A DNA stretch of 32,000 nt from Alkalilimnicola ehrlichii MLHE-1 (lineage in GTDB: Bacteria > Pseudomonadota > Gammaproteobacteria > Nitrococcales > Halorhodospiraceae), in the NCBI RefSeq assembly GCF_000014785.1, contig NC_008340.1:720001-752000 (forward strand), written 5' to 3'. The translations under genes were made by a program, and so were the position numbers. The notes beneath the pieces were generated by a model. It was not told the DNA's origin, did no database searches, and was given only the letters and a program-made list of their open reading frames with translations. Positions within the stretch are counted from its first letter, which is position 1. Each line of letters starts with the position of its first letter. Positions 18,074 to 28,861 of this stretch are shown here, piece after piece.

Positions 18074-20179
18074 ATGGAAGCCAAGGCGGTATGGCTGTTC
18101 ATCTTTGTGGCCATCTACTGGGGCTACTGCGTGTTCTGGGGGGTGCGGGGCGCCATGGAGGCGCGGACCGCCACCGACTACTTCGTGGCCGGCCGCAGTG
18201 TCTCCATGTGGGTGTTTATCCTGGCCGCCACCGCCACCTCCTTCTCCGGCTGGACCTTTATTGGCCACCCGGGGCTGATCTACCAGGATGGCCTGCAGTA
18301 CGCCTACGCCTCCTTCTACGCCATCACCATTCCGTTCACCGGGCTGCTGTTCCTGAAGCGCCAGTGGATGATCGGCAAGCGCTGGGGCTTCGTCACCCCG
18401 GGGGAGATGTTTGCCACCTACTACCGCTCCGATACCCTGCGCATCCTCATCGTGCTGGTGGCGCTGATCTTCGCCGTGCCCTATCTCGGGGTGCAGTTGC
18501 GGGCCTCGGGCTTTCTGTTCAACGTGCTCACCGACGGCATGCTGGGGGTGGAGGTGGGCATGTGGTTGCTGTCCGCCATCATCGTCTTCTATGTGGCCTC
18601 CGGGGGGCTGCGGGCAGTGGCCTACGTGGATGCGCTGCAGGCGATATTGCTGGCGGCCGGCATCGTCATCGTGGGTGGGGTCGCGGTCTACTTCATGGGC
18701 AGCTGGGGGGTGTTCGTGGAGGGCATCGCGCGGCTGGCGGAGCAGTCCGTGGCCAGCGGCGAGTACGTTACCCCCGCCGGACTGAGCGGCTATGTCGCCG
18801 TGCCGGGTGTGATCCAGTTCGTCAGTGACGGGCCCTCGGCCACCGGCGGCGCCTGGACCGGGCTGATGATCCTGACCTACATGTTCGCCCTGATGGGCAT
18901 TCAGTCCAGTCCGGCCTTCAGCATGTGGGCCTTCTCCAACGCCAACCCGCGCCCCTTTGCCCCGCAGCAGGTCTGGGCCTCGGCGGTGGGTATCGGCCTC
19001 ATCCTGTTCACCTTCACCGCCATCCAGGGCATGGGTGGCCATCTGCTGGGTGCCAACCTGGGCTTCACCGCCGACAACCCTGACCTGTTCGACAGCCGTG
19101 ATCGGGTGGTGTTGCAGCGCGGACTGATCGCCACCGCTGAGCCGGCGCTCTCCCGCGACGAGGTGGAGGCCCGGATCGAGTCCGGATTGGCGGCGCTCGC
19201 CGCCGCGGGGCCGGACGAGACGGTGGACCTGGCGGGCGACCACGGGTGGGTGGACCTGGAGGCCCACGGCGGCGGCGACCCGGCGCTGGTGCCCCAGATG
19301 ATCAGCCTGCTGGAGGTGGGGGCCCCCTGGCTGGTAGGCCTGCTGGCGGTCTGTGCCCTGGCCGCCATGCAGTCCACCGGCGCTGCTTATATGTCTACCT
19401 CGGGGGGCATGATCACCCGCGATATTCTGCGCCGGTACCTGATACCGGAGGCGGATCATGCCACCCAGAAACTCTGGGGGCGGGTGTTCGTGCTGCTGAT
19501 TGTCGCCGCCGCCTTGGTCACCGCCACCGTCGCCACCGATGCCCTGGTGTTGCTGGGCGGCTTGGCTGTGGCCTACGGCTTCCAGATGTGGCCGGCGCTG
19601 ATCGGCTTGTGCTTTTGGCCCTGGCTTACTCGCCAGGGGGTGGTCGCCGGCCTGATCGTTGGGCTGGTGGTGGTCACGCTGACAGAGAACATCGGTGTGC
19701 AGTTGCTGGCCGCCCTCGGCCTGGAGTGGTGGGGCCGGTGGCCCTGGACGCTGCACTCGGCGGGATGGGGCATTCTGTTCAATATCACCACCGCGATCCT
19801 GGTCTCCGCCATCACCCAGGATCGCGGTGAATTGGAACACCGGATGGTCTATCACCACTTCCTGCAGGAGCATGCTGGTCTGCCGGTGGCCAAGCGCCAT
19901 CTGATCCCGGTGGCCTGGATCCTCACCATTGGCTGGTTCTTCTTCGCTGTGGGACCGGGCACGGTCATCGGCAACACCCTGTTCGGCTACCCCCAGTCCT
20001 TCCTCTTCGGGCTCCCTTCCATCTGGGTTTGGCAGCTCCTTTTCTGGGCCGCCGGGTGTCTGCTGCTCTACTTCCTGGCCTACCGCATGGAACTGAGCAC
20101 CGTGCCACGCAAAGAGGTGGAGGTGCTGGCCGAGGATGAGCCCGGGGACATTCGTCTCGACATCCACCGCCCGTCGTAG
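18074..20179 (+). CDS. Sodium:solute symporter family transporter
   Basis: 701 aa: DYFVAGRSVSMWVFILAATATSFSGWTFIGHPGLIYQDGLQYAYASFYAI, LGVQLRASGFL, YVASGGLRAVAYVDALQAILL. Confidence 0.92.
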   Translation: MEAKAVWLFIFVAIYWGYCVFWGVRGAMEARTATDYFVAGRSVSMWVFILAATATSFSGWTFIGHPGLIYQDGLQYAYASFYAITIPFTGLLFLKRQWMIGKRWGFVTPGEMFATYYRSDTLRILIVLVALIFAVPYLGVQLRASGFLFNVLTDGMLGVEVGMWLLSAIIVFYVASGGLRAVAYVDALQAILLAAGIVIVGGVAVYFMGSWGVFVEGIARLAEQSVASGEYVTPAGLSGYVAVPGVIQFVSDGPSATGGAWTGLMILTYMFALMGIQSSPAFSMWAFSNANPRPFAPQQVWASAVGIGLILFTFTAIQGMGGHLLGANLGFTADNPDLFDSRDRVVLQRGLIATAEPALSRDEVEARIESGLAALAAAGPDETVDLAGDHGWVDLEAHGGGDPALVPQMISLLEVGAPWLVGLLAVCALAAMQSTGAAYMSTSGGMITRDILRRYLIPEADHATQKLWGRVFVLLIVAAALVTATVATDALVLLGGLAVAYGFQMWPALIGLCFWPWLTRQGVVAGLIVGLVVVTLTENIGVQLLAALGLEWWGRWPWTLHSAGWGILFNITTAILVSAITQDRGELEHRMVYHHFLQEHAGLPVAKRHLIPVAWILTIGWFFFAVGPGTVIGNTLFGYPQSFLFGLPSIWVWQLLFWAAGCLLLYFLAYRMELSTVPRKEVEVLAEDEPGDIRLDIHRPS

Positions 20180-20193
20180 GTTGGACCCGGGCC

Positions 20194-20772
20194 ATGGATG
20201 AACGGCAATACCGGTTTATCAAGTGGGCGGCGATCACGTTGGCGCTACTCTGGGTGGGCTGGACGGTGTACGACGGTGTGCTCAGCCAGCGGGGGCCCGG
20301 CGACAATGCGACCCTGGCCGGTGATCGGGCCTTCTCCGACGGCCACCCCGAACGCGCTGAGCGCCGCTACCGCGAGGCACTGGCGCAGGCACCGAAGCAC
20401 CGCCGCGCCCGCCGGGGACTGGCGCTGGCGCTGATGGAGCAGGGCCGCTATGACGAGGCATTGGCCGCGATGAATGAGGTCATCCGCGGTGAGCCCGACT
20501 TCGCTGGCAACTACGCCAACCGGGGCATTCTGCACGATCGGATGGGCCGCCACTTGGAGGCACTGCACGATTACGAGCGGGCCCTGGTCATGGACCCCGG
20601 CCTGGCCGACGGCCCCGGCTGGTTAACCCGTTTTATTCGCTTGCAGAGCGAGCCCCCGCCCACCATTGCCGATCGGGCCGCCTATCTGCGCCAGCAGCTC
20701 CAGTTGCCGGAGGCGCAGCGGGAACTTCGCCGCCCGGCGGTGGACGAGGCCCAGCGGCCCTGGCGCCAGTAG
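20194..20772 (+). CDS. Tetratricopeptide-repeat protein with one N-terminal TM
   Basis: 192 aa: DERQYRFIKWAAITLALLWVGWTVYDG anchor, then TPR-like repeats (GHPERAERRYREALAQAPKHRRARRGLALALMEQGRYDEALAAMNEVIR...ALHDYERALVMDPGL). Confidence 0.8.
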   Translation: MDERQYRFIKWAAITLALLWVGWTVYDGVLSQRGPGDNATLAGDRAFSDGHPERAERRYREALAQAPKHRRARRGLALALMEQGRYDEALAAMNEVIRGEPDFAGNYANRGILHDRMGRHLEALHDYERALVMDPGLADGPGWLTRFIRLQSEPPPTIADRAAYLRQQLQLPEAQRELRRPAVDEAQRPWRQ

Positions 20773-20831
20773 TCACTCCAGGCAGGCCGCCCCCATCGGC
20801 GGCGGCCCGGCTCGTCCGTCCCTCCCAGGAA

Positions 20832-20865
20832 CAAAAAAACCGGCCGCCCCCAGGGGGGACGGCCG
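20832..20865 (-). terminator. Rho-independent terminator of acs
   Basis: On the minus strand: CCGGCCG...CGGCCGG stem immediately followed by TTTTTTTG (plus strand CAAAAAAACCGGCCGCCCCAGGGGGGACGGCCGG). Located about 30 bp past the acs stop. Confidence 0.85.
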
Positions 20866-20895
20866 GCTGGCCGGTAAGCCTTCGCGGTACGCGTC

Positions 20896-22833
20896 TTACT
20901 TGTTGGGACGATCCTCGATCAGATTGTCCACGACCGTCGGATCGGCCAGGGTGCTGGTGTCGCCCAGGCTGTCCAGCTCGTTGGCGGCGACCTTGCGCAG
21001 GATGCGGCGCATGATCTTGCCGGAGCGGGTCTTGGGCAGGCCCGGGGCCCACTGGATGACATCGGGCTTGGCGATGGGCCCGATCTCGTTGGAGACCAGC
21101 TTCACCAACTCCTTCTTCAGCTCATCGCTGGGCTCCACACCGGCCATTAGAGTGACGTAGGCGTAGATGCCCTGGCCCTTGATGTCGTGCGGGTAGCCCA
21201 CCACCGCGGCTTCGGCGACGGCATCGTGCAGCACCAGGGCACTCTCCACCTCGGCGGTGCCCATACGGTGGCCGGAGACGTTGATCACGTCATCGACGCG
21301 GCCGGTGATCCAATAGTAACCGTCCTCGTCCCGACGGGCCCCGTCACCGGTGAAGTACATCCCCGGGTAGGCCGCCAGGTAGGTCTCCATGAAGCGCTTG
21401 TGGTCGCCATAGACCGTACGCATCATGCTCGGCCAGGCCCGCTTGATCACCAGGTTGCCGCTGGCGGCACCTTCCAGCTCCTTGCCTTCGGGGTCCACCA
21501 GGGCCGGCTCCACGCCGAAGAAGGGCAGGGTGGCGGAACCCGGCTTCAGGTCGGTCGCGCCCGGCAGCGGGGCGATCAGGATGGAGCCGGTCTCAGTCTG
21601 CCACCAGGTGTCCACGATCGGGCAGCGGCCGTCGCCCACCACGTTGTAGTACCACTCCCAGGCCTCCGGGTTGATGGGCTCACCCACCGTGCCCAGGATG
21701 CGCAGGCTCTTGCGGCTGGTCTTGGTGACGTGCTCGTTGCCCTGGCCCATCAGGGCGCGGATGGCGGTCGGGGCGGTGTAGAAGATGGAGACGTTGTGCT
21801 TGTCGACCACTTCCCAGCAGCGGGCGGCGCTGGGGTAGGTGGGCACACCCTCGAACATCAGGGTGGTGGCGCCGTTGGCCAGCGGACCATAGACGATGTA
21901 GCTGTGACCGGTAACCCAGCCCACGTCGGCGGTGCACCAGTAGACCTCGCCCTCCTGGTAGTCGAAGACGTACTTGTGGGTCATGGCTGCGCCCAGCAGG
22001 TAGCCGGCGGAGCAGTGCTGCACGCCCTTGGGCTTGCCGGTGGAGCCGGAGGTGTAGAGGATGAACAGCGGGTCCTCGGCGTCCAGTTCCTCAGCGGGGC
22101 AGTCGGCAGAGACATCGGCCACGGCCTCGTGGTACCAGATGTCACGCCCTTCCTTCCAGTCGATGTCGCCCCCGGTGCGCTTGACCACGAAGACGTTCTT
22201 GACGTCGGGGCAGCTCTCAAGGGCCTTGTCGGCGTTGGACTTCAGGGCCACGTTGCGGCCACCACGGACGCCCTCGTCGGCGGTGATGACGGTCTCGCAG
22301 TCGGCGTTCTGGATGCGGTCCTTCAGGGCGTCCGGGGAGAAGCCGCCGAAGACGATGGAGTGGATGGCGCCGATGCGGGCGCAGGCCAGCATGGCCACGG
22401 CCGCCTCGGGGATCATCGGCAGATAGATGCAGACGCGGTCACCCTTCTTGACGCCGCGGGCCTTCATGGCGTTAGCCAGGCGGCAGACGCGCTCGTGCAG
22501 GTCCTTGTAGGTGATGTGCTCGGAGTTGTTGGGGTCGTCACCTTCCCAGATGATGGCGGTCTGATCGCCCCGCTGCTCCAGGTGGCGGTCCAGGCAGTTG
22601 TGGGCGACGTTGAGCTTACCGCCCTCGAAGAAGCGGATCTCGCCGTTCTTCAGGTCGGAGTGGTAGACCTTGTCCCACTTGCTGAACCAGTCGAGGAATT
22701 TCTCAGCCTGTTCGCCCCAAAACCCCTCCGGGTCATCCAGGGACCGGCGATACATCTCCTCATAGGTGTCCTTGGTGATGTGCGCCTTCTCGCGGATATA
22801 GTCGGGTACGGGGTAGACCTTCGTGTCGGACAT
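20896..22833 (-). CDS. acs: Acetyl-CoA synthetase (AMP-forming acetate--CoA ligase)
   Basis: 645 aa: [63 protein letters not shown]-terminal [17 protein letters not shown]. Confidence 0.96.
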   Translation of the reverse strand: MSDTKVYPVPDYIREKAHITKDTYEEMYRRSLDDPEGFWGEQAEKFLDWFSKWDKVYHSDLKNGEIRFFEGGKLNVAHNCLDRHLEQRGDQTAIIWEGDDPNNSEHITYKDLHERVCRLANAMKARGVKKGDRVCIYLPMIPEAAVAMLACARIGAIHSIVFGGFSPDALKDRIQNADCETVITADEGVRGGRNVALKSNADKALESCPDVKNVFVVKRTGGDIDWKEGRDIWYHEAVADVSADCPAEELDAEDPLFILYTSGSTGKPKGVQHCSAGYLLGAAMTHKYVFDYQEGEVYWCTADVGWVTGHSYIVYGPLANGATTLMFEGVPTYPSAARCWEVVDKHNVSIFYTAPTAIRALMGQGNEHVTKTSRKSLRILGTVGEPINPEAWEWYYNVVGDGRCPIVDTWWQTETGSILIAPLPGATDLKPGSATLPFFGVEPALVDPEGKELEGAASGNLVIKRAWPSMMRTVYGDHKRFMETYLAAYPGMYFTGDGARRDEDGYYWITGRVDDVINVSGHRMGTAEVESALVLHDAVAEAAVVGYPHDIKGQGIYAYVTLMAGVEPSDELKKELVKLVSNEIGPIAKPDVIQWAPGLPKTRSGKIMRRILRKVAANELDSLGDTSTLADPTVVDNLIEDRPNK

Positions 22834-23172
22834 ACTGGATCTCCTCCCAGTTTTGAATTATCGCCTATGACCCGGGTGCGGGCCGAAAAACACCGGCATA
22901 CAGCCTGATTTGGTGATTCTGAACACGCGCTGCGCAACCCCGGGGATATCCCCTTCTTGTTTGGGTTTGACCCATTTTCCGGGCCCCCGGGCCAATGGAC
23001 CAACCGGGCTATTCCGGGGGGTCGAGCAGCGCGCAGCCCCTCGTGGGCTTGGCTCTCCCTGTCGATTAAAGCGGGCGCTGCGGCCCGCACGCAGCGTTAT
23101 GGTAACGCTTTCCACGCCATCTTTCGAAATCGCCATTAGTGAACCGTCCGCCAACCCTACCATTGTAAAACA

Positions 23173-24534
23173 TTATTTTCTCGGCCGTGGGATCCCCAGC
23201 CGCTGGCGCTTCTCCCACAGCGCCTTGCGGCTGATACCCAGCCCCTTGGCCAGGGCGGTCTCCGTCATATGGTCCTGGTTGGCCAGAACATACTCCCGGA
23301 AGTAGTCTTCCAGCGACAGATCCGGGCGTGCGCCGCCCCCTCCGTTGCCCGGCCGGGCCGTCGGCGCACTGTCCCGTGGGCGGGTGCGGGGCAGGGTGAG
23401 TTGGTCGGCGGTGATGGTGTCACCCTCGCACAGGATCACGGCGCGCTCGATGGTGTTCTCCATCTCCCGGACGTTCCCCGGCCAATGGTAGTTGCTGATG
23501 GCCTCTATCGCCTCCTCAGCGAGTTGCAGCTGCGGCCGGTTGAGGCGCTGGCAGGTCTTTTCCAGCAGCACCCGGGCCAGGATGGGGATGTCGCCCTCCC
23601 GTTCGCGCAGCGGCGGCAGGCGGATCTCCATGACATGGATGCGGAAGTAGAGGTCCTCGCGGAAACTCCCCTCATCCACCAGCGCCTGGAGGTCACGGTG
23701 GGTTGCGGCCAGCAGGCGCACGTCCACCTGCCGTTCGCGGGATGCCCCCACCCGGCGGATCTCGCCCTCCTGCAGCACCCGGAGCAGACGGCCCTGGGCC
23801 TGAAGGGGCAGCTCGCCGATCTCATCCAGGAACAGGGTGCCGCCGTCGGCCGACTCCACCAGACCGGCGCGGGCGCCCACCGCCCCGGTAAAGGCCCCCT
23901 TCTCGTGGCCGAAAAGCTCTGCCTCGATCAGGGTCTCGGGGATGGCGGCGCAGTTGACCGCGATCAGCGGCCCATCCTTACGCTGGCTGTGCTCGTGAAC
24001 GGCCCGGGCCACCAGTTCCTTACCGGTCCCCGATTCACCCAGGATCAGCACGGAGGTGTCGGTGGGCGCCACCTTGTGGATGCGCTGGAAGACGGCCTGC
24101 ATCGCCTGGCACTCGCCAATGATGCCGCTCACCGGGTAGTCGCGCTGGATATCGGCCTTCAGGGCCGCATTCTGGCGCTGAAGCCGGTGGTCCTTGAGCA
24201 CCTTGTCGACGGTGAGCAGCAGCTCATCGTGGTCGAAGGGTTTGGCGATGTAGTCCACCGCCCCCTCGCGCATGGCCTCCACCGCTGAACGGACGCTGGC
24301 GTAGCTGGTCATGATGATCACCGGCACCTCACTGGCCAGGGGGATGACGCCGGTGCCGGGTTCGCCGGGCAGGCGCAGGTCGGCGATGATCAGGTCGTAA
24401 TCGGCAAAGCGGTGGCCTTCGCGCGCCTCTTCCAGGGACTCGGCCTCGGCCACGCGGTAGCCATTGCGCGTGAGCAGGCGTCGCAAGGCCGAGCGGATGA
24501 CCGCTTCATCCTCAATGATCAGCAGATGTGCCAT
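23173..24534 (-). CDS. NtrC-family sigma-54-dependent response regulator
   Basis: 453 aa: receiver [18 protein letters not shown]; AAA+ [18 protein letters not shown]; GAFTGA sigma-54 contact loop; C-terminal Fis-like HTH ([25 protein letters not shown]). Confidence 0.95.
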   Translation of the reverse strand: MAHLLIIEDEAVIRSALRRLLTRNGYRVAEAESLEEAREGHRFADYDLIIADLRLPGEPGTGVIPLASEVPVIIMTSYASVRSAVEAMREGAVDYIAKPFDHDELLLTVDKVLKDHRLQRQNAALKADIQRDYPVSGIIGECQAMQAVFQRIHKVAPTDTSVLILGESGTGKELVARAVHEHSQRKDGPLIAVNCAAIPETLIEAELFGHEKGAFTGAVGARAGLVESADGGTLFLDEIGELPLQAQGRLLRVLQEGEIRRVGASRERQVDVRLLAATHRDLQALVDEGSFREDLYFRIHVMEIRLPPLREREGDIPILARVLLEKTCQRLNRPQLQLAEEAIEAISNYHWPGNVREMENTIERAVILCEGDTITADQLTLPRTRPRDSAPTARPGNGGGGARPDLSLEDYFREYVLANQDHMTETALAKGLGISRKALWEKRQRLGIPRPRK

Positions 24535-24537
24535 GGT

Positions 24538-27465
24538 TTATGCCACTCCCTCCAGGGCGGGCAGTTCCAGCGTCACTGTAGTGCCGCCCACGTCCGATTC
24601 AATGTCCAGGGTGCCCCCGTGATCGGTGATGATGTTGTACACCAGCGGCAGGCCCAGCCCTGTGCCCTGTCCCGCCGGTTTGGTGGTGTAGAACGGGTCC
24701 AGCACCTTCTTCAGGGCCGACGCGGGGATGCCCGGCCCGTTGTCCGCCACCCGCACGATGATCCGGTCGCCCCGCTCCCGGGCGGTGAGCACCAGCCGGC
24801 CCTGCTGGGCGCAGGCGTCGGCGGCGTTGGAGAAGAGATTGACGAACACTTGGACCAACCGCTGGCTGTCGCCGGCCACCTCCAGGTGCGGCGGGATCCG
24901 GTTGTCGAACTCCATCTCCTTGCCCCGGCGGCTCAGGACCATCACCTGGCGGGCCTCCTCCGCCGCGTCGTGCAGCCGCACCGGCTCCGGCGGCGACTCC
25001 TCGGTGCTGCCGGCATGGGCGTAGCTGACCAGGGTGTGCACGATGTTACTGATCCGGTGGGTCTGTTCCAGGATCTGTTCCATGCTCTCGCGGATCAGCT
25101 CCGGGTCATCCTCGTCGCGCAGGTTCTGCGCCAGGCAGGCCACGCCGGTGACCGGGTTGCCAATCTCGTGGGCGACGCCGGCGGCGAGCCGGCCGATGGA
25201 GGCCAGCCGCTCGCTGTGAGCCAGCTCCCGCTCCAACACCCGCAACTCGGTGACGTCCTCCACCAGCAGCAGACTGTCGTTGGTGCGGCCCTTGTCCGGC
25301 TCCCCGATACTGGTGCGGTGCAGGCTCAGCCAGCGGGTGCCGTCGCCGGGAACCTGGGCCTGGTCGTGGGCGTGGGCCTGGCCCAGCGCCATGAACCGTC
25401 CCAGTAGCCGGCCCCAGGGGTGGGCCAGATCCTCCAGCCGGTTGCCCAGGGCATCCCGGGCACAAATACCGGTGAGCTGCTGCATGGCACTGTTCCAGCG
25501 CACGATCCGCTGGTTTGCCGTGACCGTGATCACGCCCAGCGGCAGGTCCTCAAGGATCTGGCGGTGGTAGCGGCGCAGGCGGTCCAGCTCGGCGGTCAGC
25601 CCGCGGAAGCGGCTGCTGGAGGACTCCAGCCGTTCCTCGATCTGGCGGATGCTCTGGGTATGGGCCTGATGGGCGGAGTGGTCCAGTTCCAGGCGCTCGT
25701 CCACGATCATACGGGCCAGGACCGGGCCCATCATGCCCGAGAGATTGCGCTCGATCTGGTCGCGCAGGTGCTTGAGCCGGTCCGGCCGGTTCTCCGTCCA
25801 GTCCAGTCCCAGGTCCTCCAGGGCCTTCCCCACCTCGGCGCGCGCCGCCTCGTCGCCGGTCACCGGCGCCAGTTGCACCACGAATTGGGCCGGTGAGTCG
25901 GCCACCAGGGTGCCGAAGGTCATGGGGTGGCCCAGGTCGCGACAGGCCTCGGCGGCCTGGCGCTCCGGCCCGGTTTGCGGGGTCAGGACAGACACCGCGG
26001 CGAACAGCAGCGAATTGAAGGCGATCGACCAGAAGGTGGCCAGGCCGTAAATGGCGGAGGCCGACTCCGGTGCGGTGGGGAAGCCCAACAGGAAAAAGGG
26101 CTCGGTGCCCACCAGCGCGGGCAGGAAGAGCGCGTCGAGCCAGACCAGCGCCCCACCCAAAAGCCCGGCGATGAAGCCCCAGACGTTGGCCCGGGTCCAC
26201 CAGAGCACGCCGACGATGCCGGGGATGAACTGGGCCATGGCCAGGAAGGAGATCAGGCCCCAGTCCACCAGCCCCTCGCCCGGGTCCAGCATCAGGAAGA
26301 AGTAATAGCCGGCGGCGATCATCAACAGGATCAGTGCGCGCCGGGTCCAGCGCAGGGTGGCGTACAGGTCCAGGTCCTGGCGTGGGCGGGCCCGGGTCAG
26401 GGGCAGCACCAAGTGATTGAGGGTCATCGAGGACAGGGCGAGGGTGGAGATGATGATCATCGCGCTGGCGGCCGAGATCCCCCCCAGGTAGGTCACGATC
26501 ACCAGCACGGGGGATTCGCTGAGCACCGCCATCCCCAGCACGTAGTATTCCGGCCCCGTGCCCGGTTGCAGCACCTGTCCGGCCCAGAGGATCGGGGGAA
26601 TGCAGATGGCCAGGGCCAGCAGGTAGGCGGGGAAGCCCCAGCTGGCCTTGAGCAGGCTGCGTGGTTTGAGGTTCTCGGTGAAGATCATGTGGAACTGGCG
26701 GGGCAATAGGAACGCCGCCGAGAAGGCCAGAAAGAGCAGGCTGATCCAGGGGCCGTCCAGGGCCGGCTGGTAAAAGGCCTGCAGGCGCTCCGGATTGTCC
26801 GCCAACCAGCGGTTCAGGCCGATGGGTCCGTCGAAGGCCAGGCTCATGGCCACCCAGGCGATCACCATCAGCGCGGCCAGCTTGACCACCGATTCGAAGG
26901 CAATGGCCACCACCAGACCGGTGTGTTTCTCCCGCGGGGTGACGTGGCGGGCGCCGAAGATGATGGCGAACACCGCCACGGTCATGCAAAACACCACGGC
27001 GAGCACGTGCGGCGAGGTCTCGCCACCCACCAGCCACTGGGTGGACTCGGCCACGGCGCGGATCTGCAGGGCGATGTAGGGCAGGATGCCGGTGAGCATC
27101 AATAGCGTCACCAGCACCCCGGCGGCCTGGCTGTGGAAGCGGAAGGCAAAGACGTCCGAGAGCGAGGTGAGCTGCTGGTCGCGGGTCAATCGCAGCAGCG
27201 GCATGAGCAGGACCGGCGTGAGCAGAAAGGCAATGGTCGCGCCCAGGTAGATGGGCAGGTAGGCGATACCGTAACGCTCGGCAAACCCGACACTGCCGTA
27301 GAAGCTCCAGGTGGTGGCGTAGACGCCCAGGGCCAGGACGTAGAACAGCGGATGCTGGGCCACCGCCCGTGGCAGCCAACGGCGTTCGGTGCCGTGGGCG
27401 ATGACGAACAGCAGCAGCAGGTAGGCCGCGGCACTGAAGAAGAGGGTGCTGAGGTTAAAGTCCAT
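24538..27465 (-). CDS. Second sodium:solute symporter-domain sensor histidine kinase
   Basis: 975 aa: SSS-like TM region (YVLALGVYATTWSFYGSVGFAERYGIAYLPIYLGATIAF), kinase ASIGRLAAGVAHEIGNPVTGVACLAQNL, HATPase RVADNGPGIPASALKKVLDPFYTTKPAGQGTGLGLPL. The start of the NtrC-type gene is 4 bp beyond its stop. Confidence 0.94.
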   Translation of the reverse strand: MDFNLSTLFFSAAAYLLLLFVIAHGTERRWLPRAVAQHPLFYVLALGVYATTWSFYGSVGFAERYGIAYLPIYLGATIAFLLTPVLLMPLLRLTRDQQLTSLSDVFAFRFHSQAAGVLVTLLMLTGILPYIALQIRAVAESTQWLVGGETSPHVLAVVFCMTVAVFAIIFGARHVTPREKHTGLVVAIAFESVVKLAALMVIAWVAMSLAFDGPIGLNRWLADNPERLQAFYQPALDGPWISLLFLAFSAAFLLPRQFHMIFTENLKPRSLLKASWGFPAYLLALAICIPPILWAGQVLQPGTGPEYYVLGMAVLSESPVLVIVTYLGGISAASAMIIISTLALSSMTLNHLVLPLTRARPRQDLDLYATLRWTRRALILLMIAAGYYFFLMLDPGEGLVDWGLISFLAMAQFIPGIVGVLWWTRANVWGFIAGLLGGALVWLDALFLPALVGTEPFFLLGFPTAPESASAIYGLATFWSIAFNSLLFAAVSVLTPQTGPERQAAEACRDLGHPMTFGTLVADSPAQFVVQLAPVTGDEAARAEVGKALEDLGLDWTENRPDRLKHLRDQIERNLSGMMGPVLARMIVDERLELDHSAHQAHTQSIRQIEERLESSSSRFRGLTAELDRLRRYHRQILEDLPLGVITVTANQRIVRWNSAMQQLTGICARDALGNRLEDLAHPWGRLLGRFMALGQAHAHDQAQVPGDGTRWLSLHRTSIGEPDKGRTNDSLLLVEDVTELRVLERELAHSERLASIGRLAAGVAHEIGNPVTGVACLAQNLRDEDDPELIRESMEQILEQTHRISNIVHTLVSYAHAGSTEESPPEPVRLHDAAEEARQVMVLSRRGKEMEFDNRIPPHLEVAGDSQRLVQVFVNLFSNAADACAQQGRLVLTARERGDRIIVRVADNGPGIPASALKKVLDPFYTTKPAGQGTGLGLPLVYNIITDHGGTLDIESDVGGTTVTLELPALEGVA

Positions 27466-27652
27466 GTGGCCTCAGCCTTCTGACCACCAACCAGCAGAGC
27501 ACCAGCATGGCCGCCCAGCCCAGGAAGGGGAGATACCAGGGAGGGGCCTGACTCAACCACCAGGTGGCGAAGGGCGTGCACAACAGAAACACGGCCAACA
27601 GGCCGAGGATCACGCTGTTACCCCGGGCCCCTGGGTCAAACGTGCCTGGCAT
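27455..27652 (-). CDS. Small membrane protein (65 aa), putative partner of the second SSS-kinase
   Basis: MPGTFDPGARGNSVILGLLAVFLLCTPFATWWLSQAPPWYLPFLGWAAMLVLCWLVVRRLRPHGL. The ATG at 27652 is preceded by GGAGG. Its end overlaps the SSS-kinase start by 11 bp. Confidence 0.7.
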   Translation of the reverse strand: MPGTFDPGARGNSVILGLLAVFLLCTPFATWWLSQAPPWYLPFLGWAAMLVLCWLVVRRLRPHGL

Positions 27653-27752
27653 GGACTCCTCCCTCCCGCGGGGTTGGGCCACCCCGTCTGATCATTTGTT
27701 ACCTAAGGTAGCATGGCCCTGTGGCTTTTGCCCATACGGCCCTTGAGAGGCC

Positions 27753-28685
27753 CTACGGGAGGGGGCTGGCCGGGGTCGGGGACCCGACCTGGGGCACGCG
27801 GGTGTCGTCCCAGTGCGCCAGCGCCCAGTCCAGGACTGTCTGCGGGGGGGCGTGGCGCAGTGCCGCCGGAGGGGATTGGCCGAGAAAGCGCGCCGCCCGC
27901 AGCAGGTTGCCGGTGGCATCGGCATCGTTCAGGGCCGGGGCGTGGGTCTGTTTGCTGAGTTTCTGGCCCTGGGCATTCACCACGATGGGCAGGTGTCGGT
28001 AGCGCGGAGTGGGCAGGTCCAGTGCCCGCTGGATCAGGATCTGCGGCGGGGTGCACCAGAGCAGGTCGGCGCCGCGGACGATGTCGGTGAACCCAAACTC
28101 ACCGTCGTCCACGGCGCAGGCCAGGTGGTAGGCCCAGAGGCCGTCGGCCCGGCGGATGATGAAATCGCCCACGGTCGCGGCCGGATCGCACTGGATCGGG
28201 CCCTGCAAGGCGTCCTCGAAGCGCAGCGGGGCGTGCCCGCAGCGCAGCCGCCAGGCGCGCGGCGTGCGGCCCGCCGGCAGCCCCCGGGCGCAGGTGCCGG
28301 GGTAGATGGGGCCATTGGGGCCGCGCCGGGCCACGGCCATGATCTCGCGCCGCGTGCAGCCGCAGGGGTAGGCCTGGCCGGCGGCGCGCAAGCGGGCCAG
28401 CGCGGCCTCGTAGGCGCTGCTGCGGCGGGACTGGAAGACCACCGGCCCGTCCCAACAGAGGGCGTGGGCCTCGAGGCTGCGGCGAATCGCATCGGCGGCA
28501 CCCGGCTGTTCCCGCGGTGGGTCCAGGTCGTCGATACGCAGATGCCACTCGCCGCCCTTGCGGTGGGCATGCACATAGCTGCCCAGCGCCGCCACCAGCG
28601 AGCCGAAGTGCAGCGGCCCGGTGGGGCTGGGCGCGAAGCGGGTTCGGCAGAGGCGTTCCGGGGCTTGGGTCACGTCGGCGTCCAT
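27753..28685 (-). CDS. gluQRS: Glutamyl-Q tRNA(Asp) synthetase
   Basis: 310 aa: RFAPSPTGPLHFGSLVAALGSYVHA, RIDDLDPPREQPG, YPCGCTRREI, VNAQGQKLSKQTHAPAL; no anticodon-binding domain length. Confidence 0.92.
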   Translation of the reverse strand: MDADVTQAPERLCRTRFAPSPTGPLHFGSLVAALGSYVHAHRKGGEWHLRIDDLDPPREQPGAADAIRRSLEAHALCWDGPVVFQSRRSSAYEAALARLRAAGQAYPCGCTRREIMAVARRGPNGPIYPGTCARGLPAGRTPRAWRLRCGHAPLRFEDALQGPIQCDPAATVGDFIIRRADGLWAYHLACAVDDGEFGFTDIVRGADLLWCTPPQILIQRALDLPTPRYRHLPIVVNAQGQKLSKQTHAPALNDADATGNLLRAARFLGQSPPAALRHAPPQTVLDWALAHWDDTRVPQVGSPTPASPLP

Positions 28686-28861
28686 CGGCCAGGGGTTACG
28701 GGGTTGCCAGCGCTACCCTAGCGGATTTCCAGGCCCGACATAAACTGCAACGGGGACGGACCTTGAAAGGGGCGCCGTCGGGCCCCAAGTCTACTGTTAA
28801 AGGGCCAAGAACATTCTCAGGTGCCTTGTGGCCAAGGGGCCGCCAAGCAGGAGGTTACACT

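Noticed and set aside
17825-20167. 780-aa minus-strand ORF opposite the SSS symporter
   Set aside because: It fully overlaps a convincing transporter gene and has low-complexity composition and no motif. It is a GC-rich shadow ORF.
21187-22908. 573-aa plus-strand ORF opposite acs
   Set aside because: Antisense of a highly conserved gene, with no domain signature. Also rejected for the same reason: 8432..9526 +, 12031..12831 +, 14535..15668 +, 15696..16898 +, 25927..26709 +, 27813..28721 +, 29857..31365 -.
22834-23172. Sigma-54 promoter upstream of acs
   Set aside because: I scanned the minus-strand intergenic region for TGGCAC-N5-TTGCW and found no convincing match, so acs promoter type is left open.
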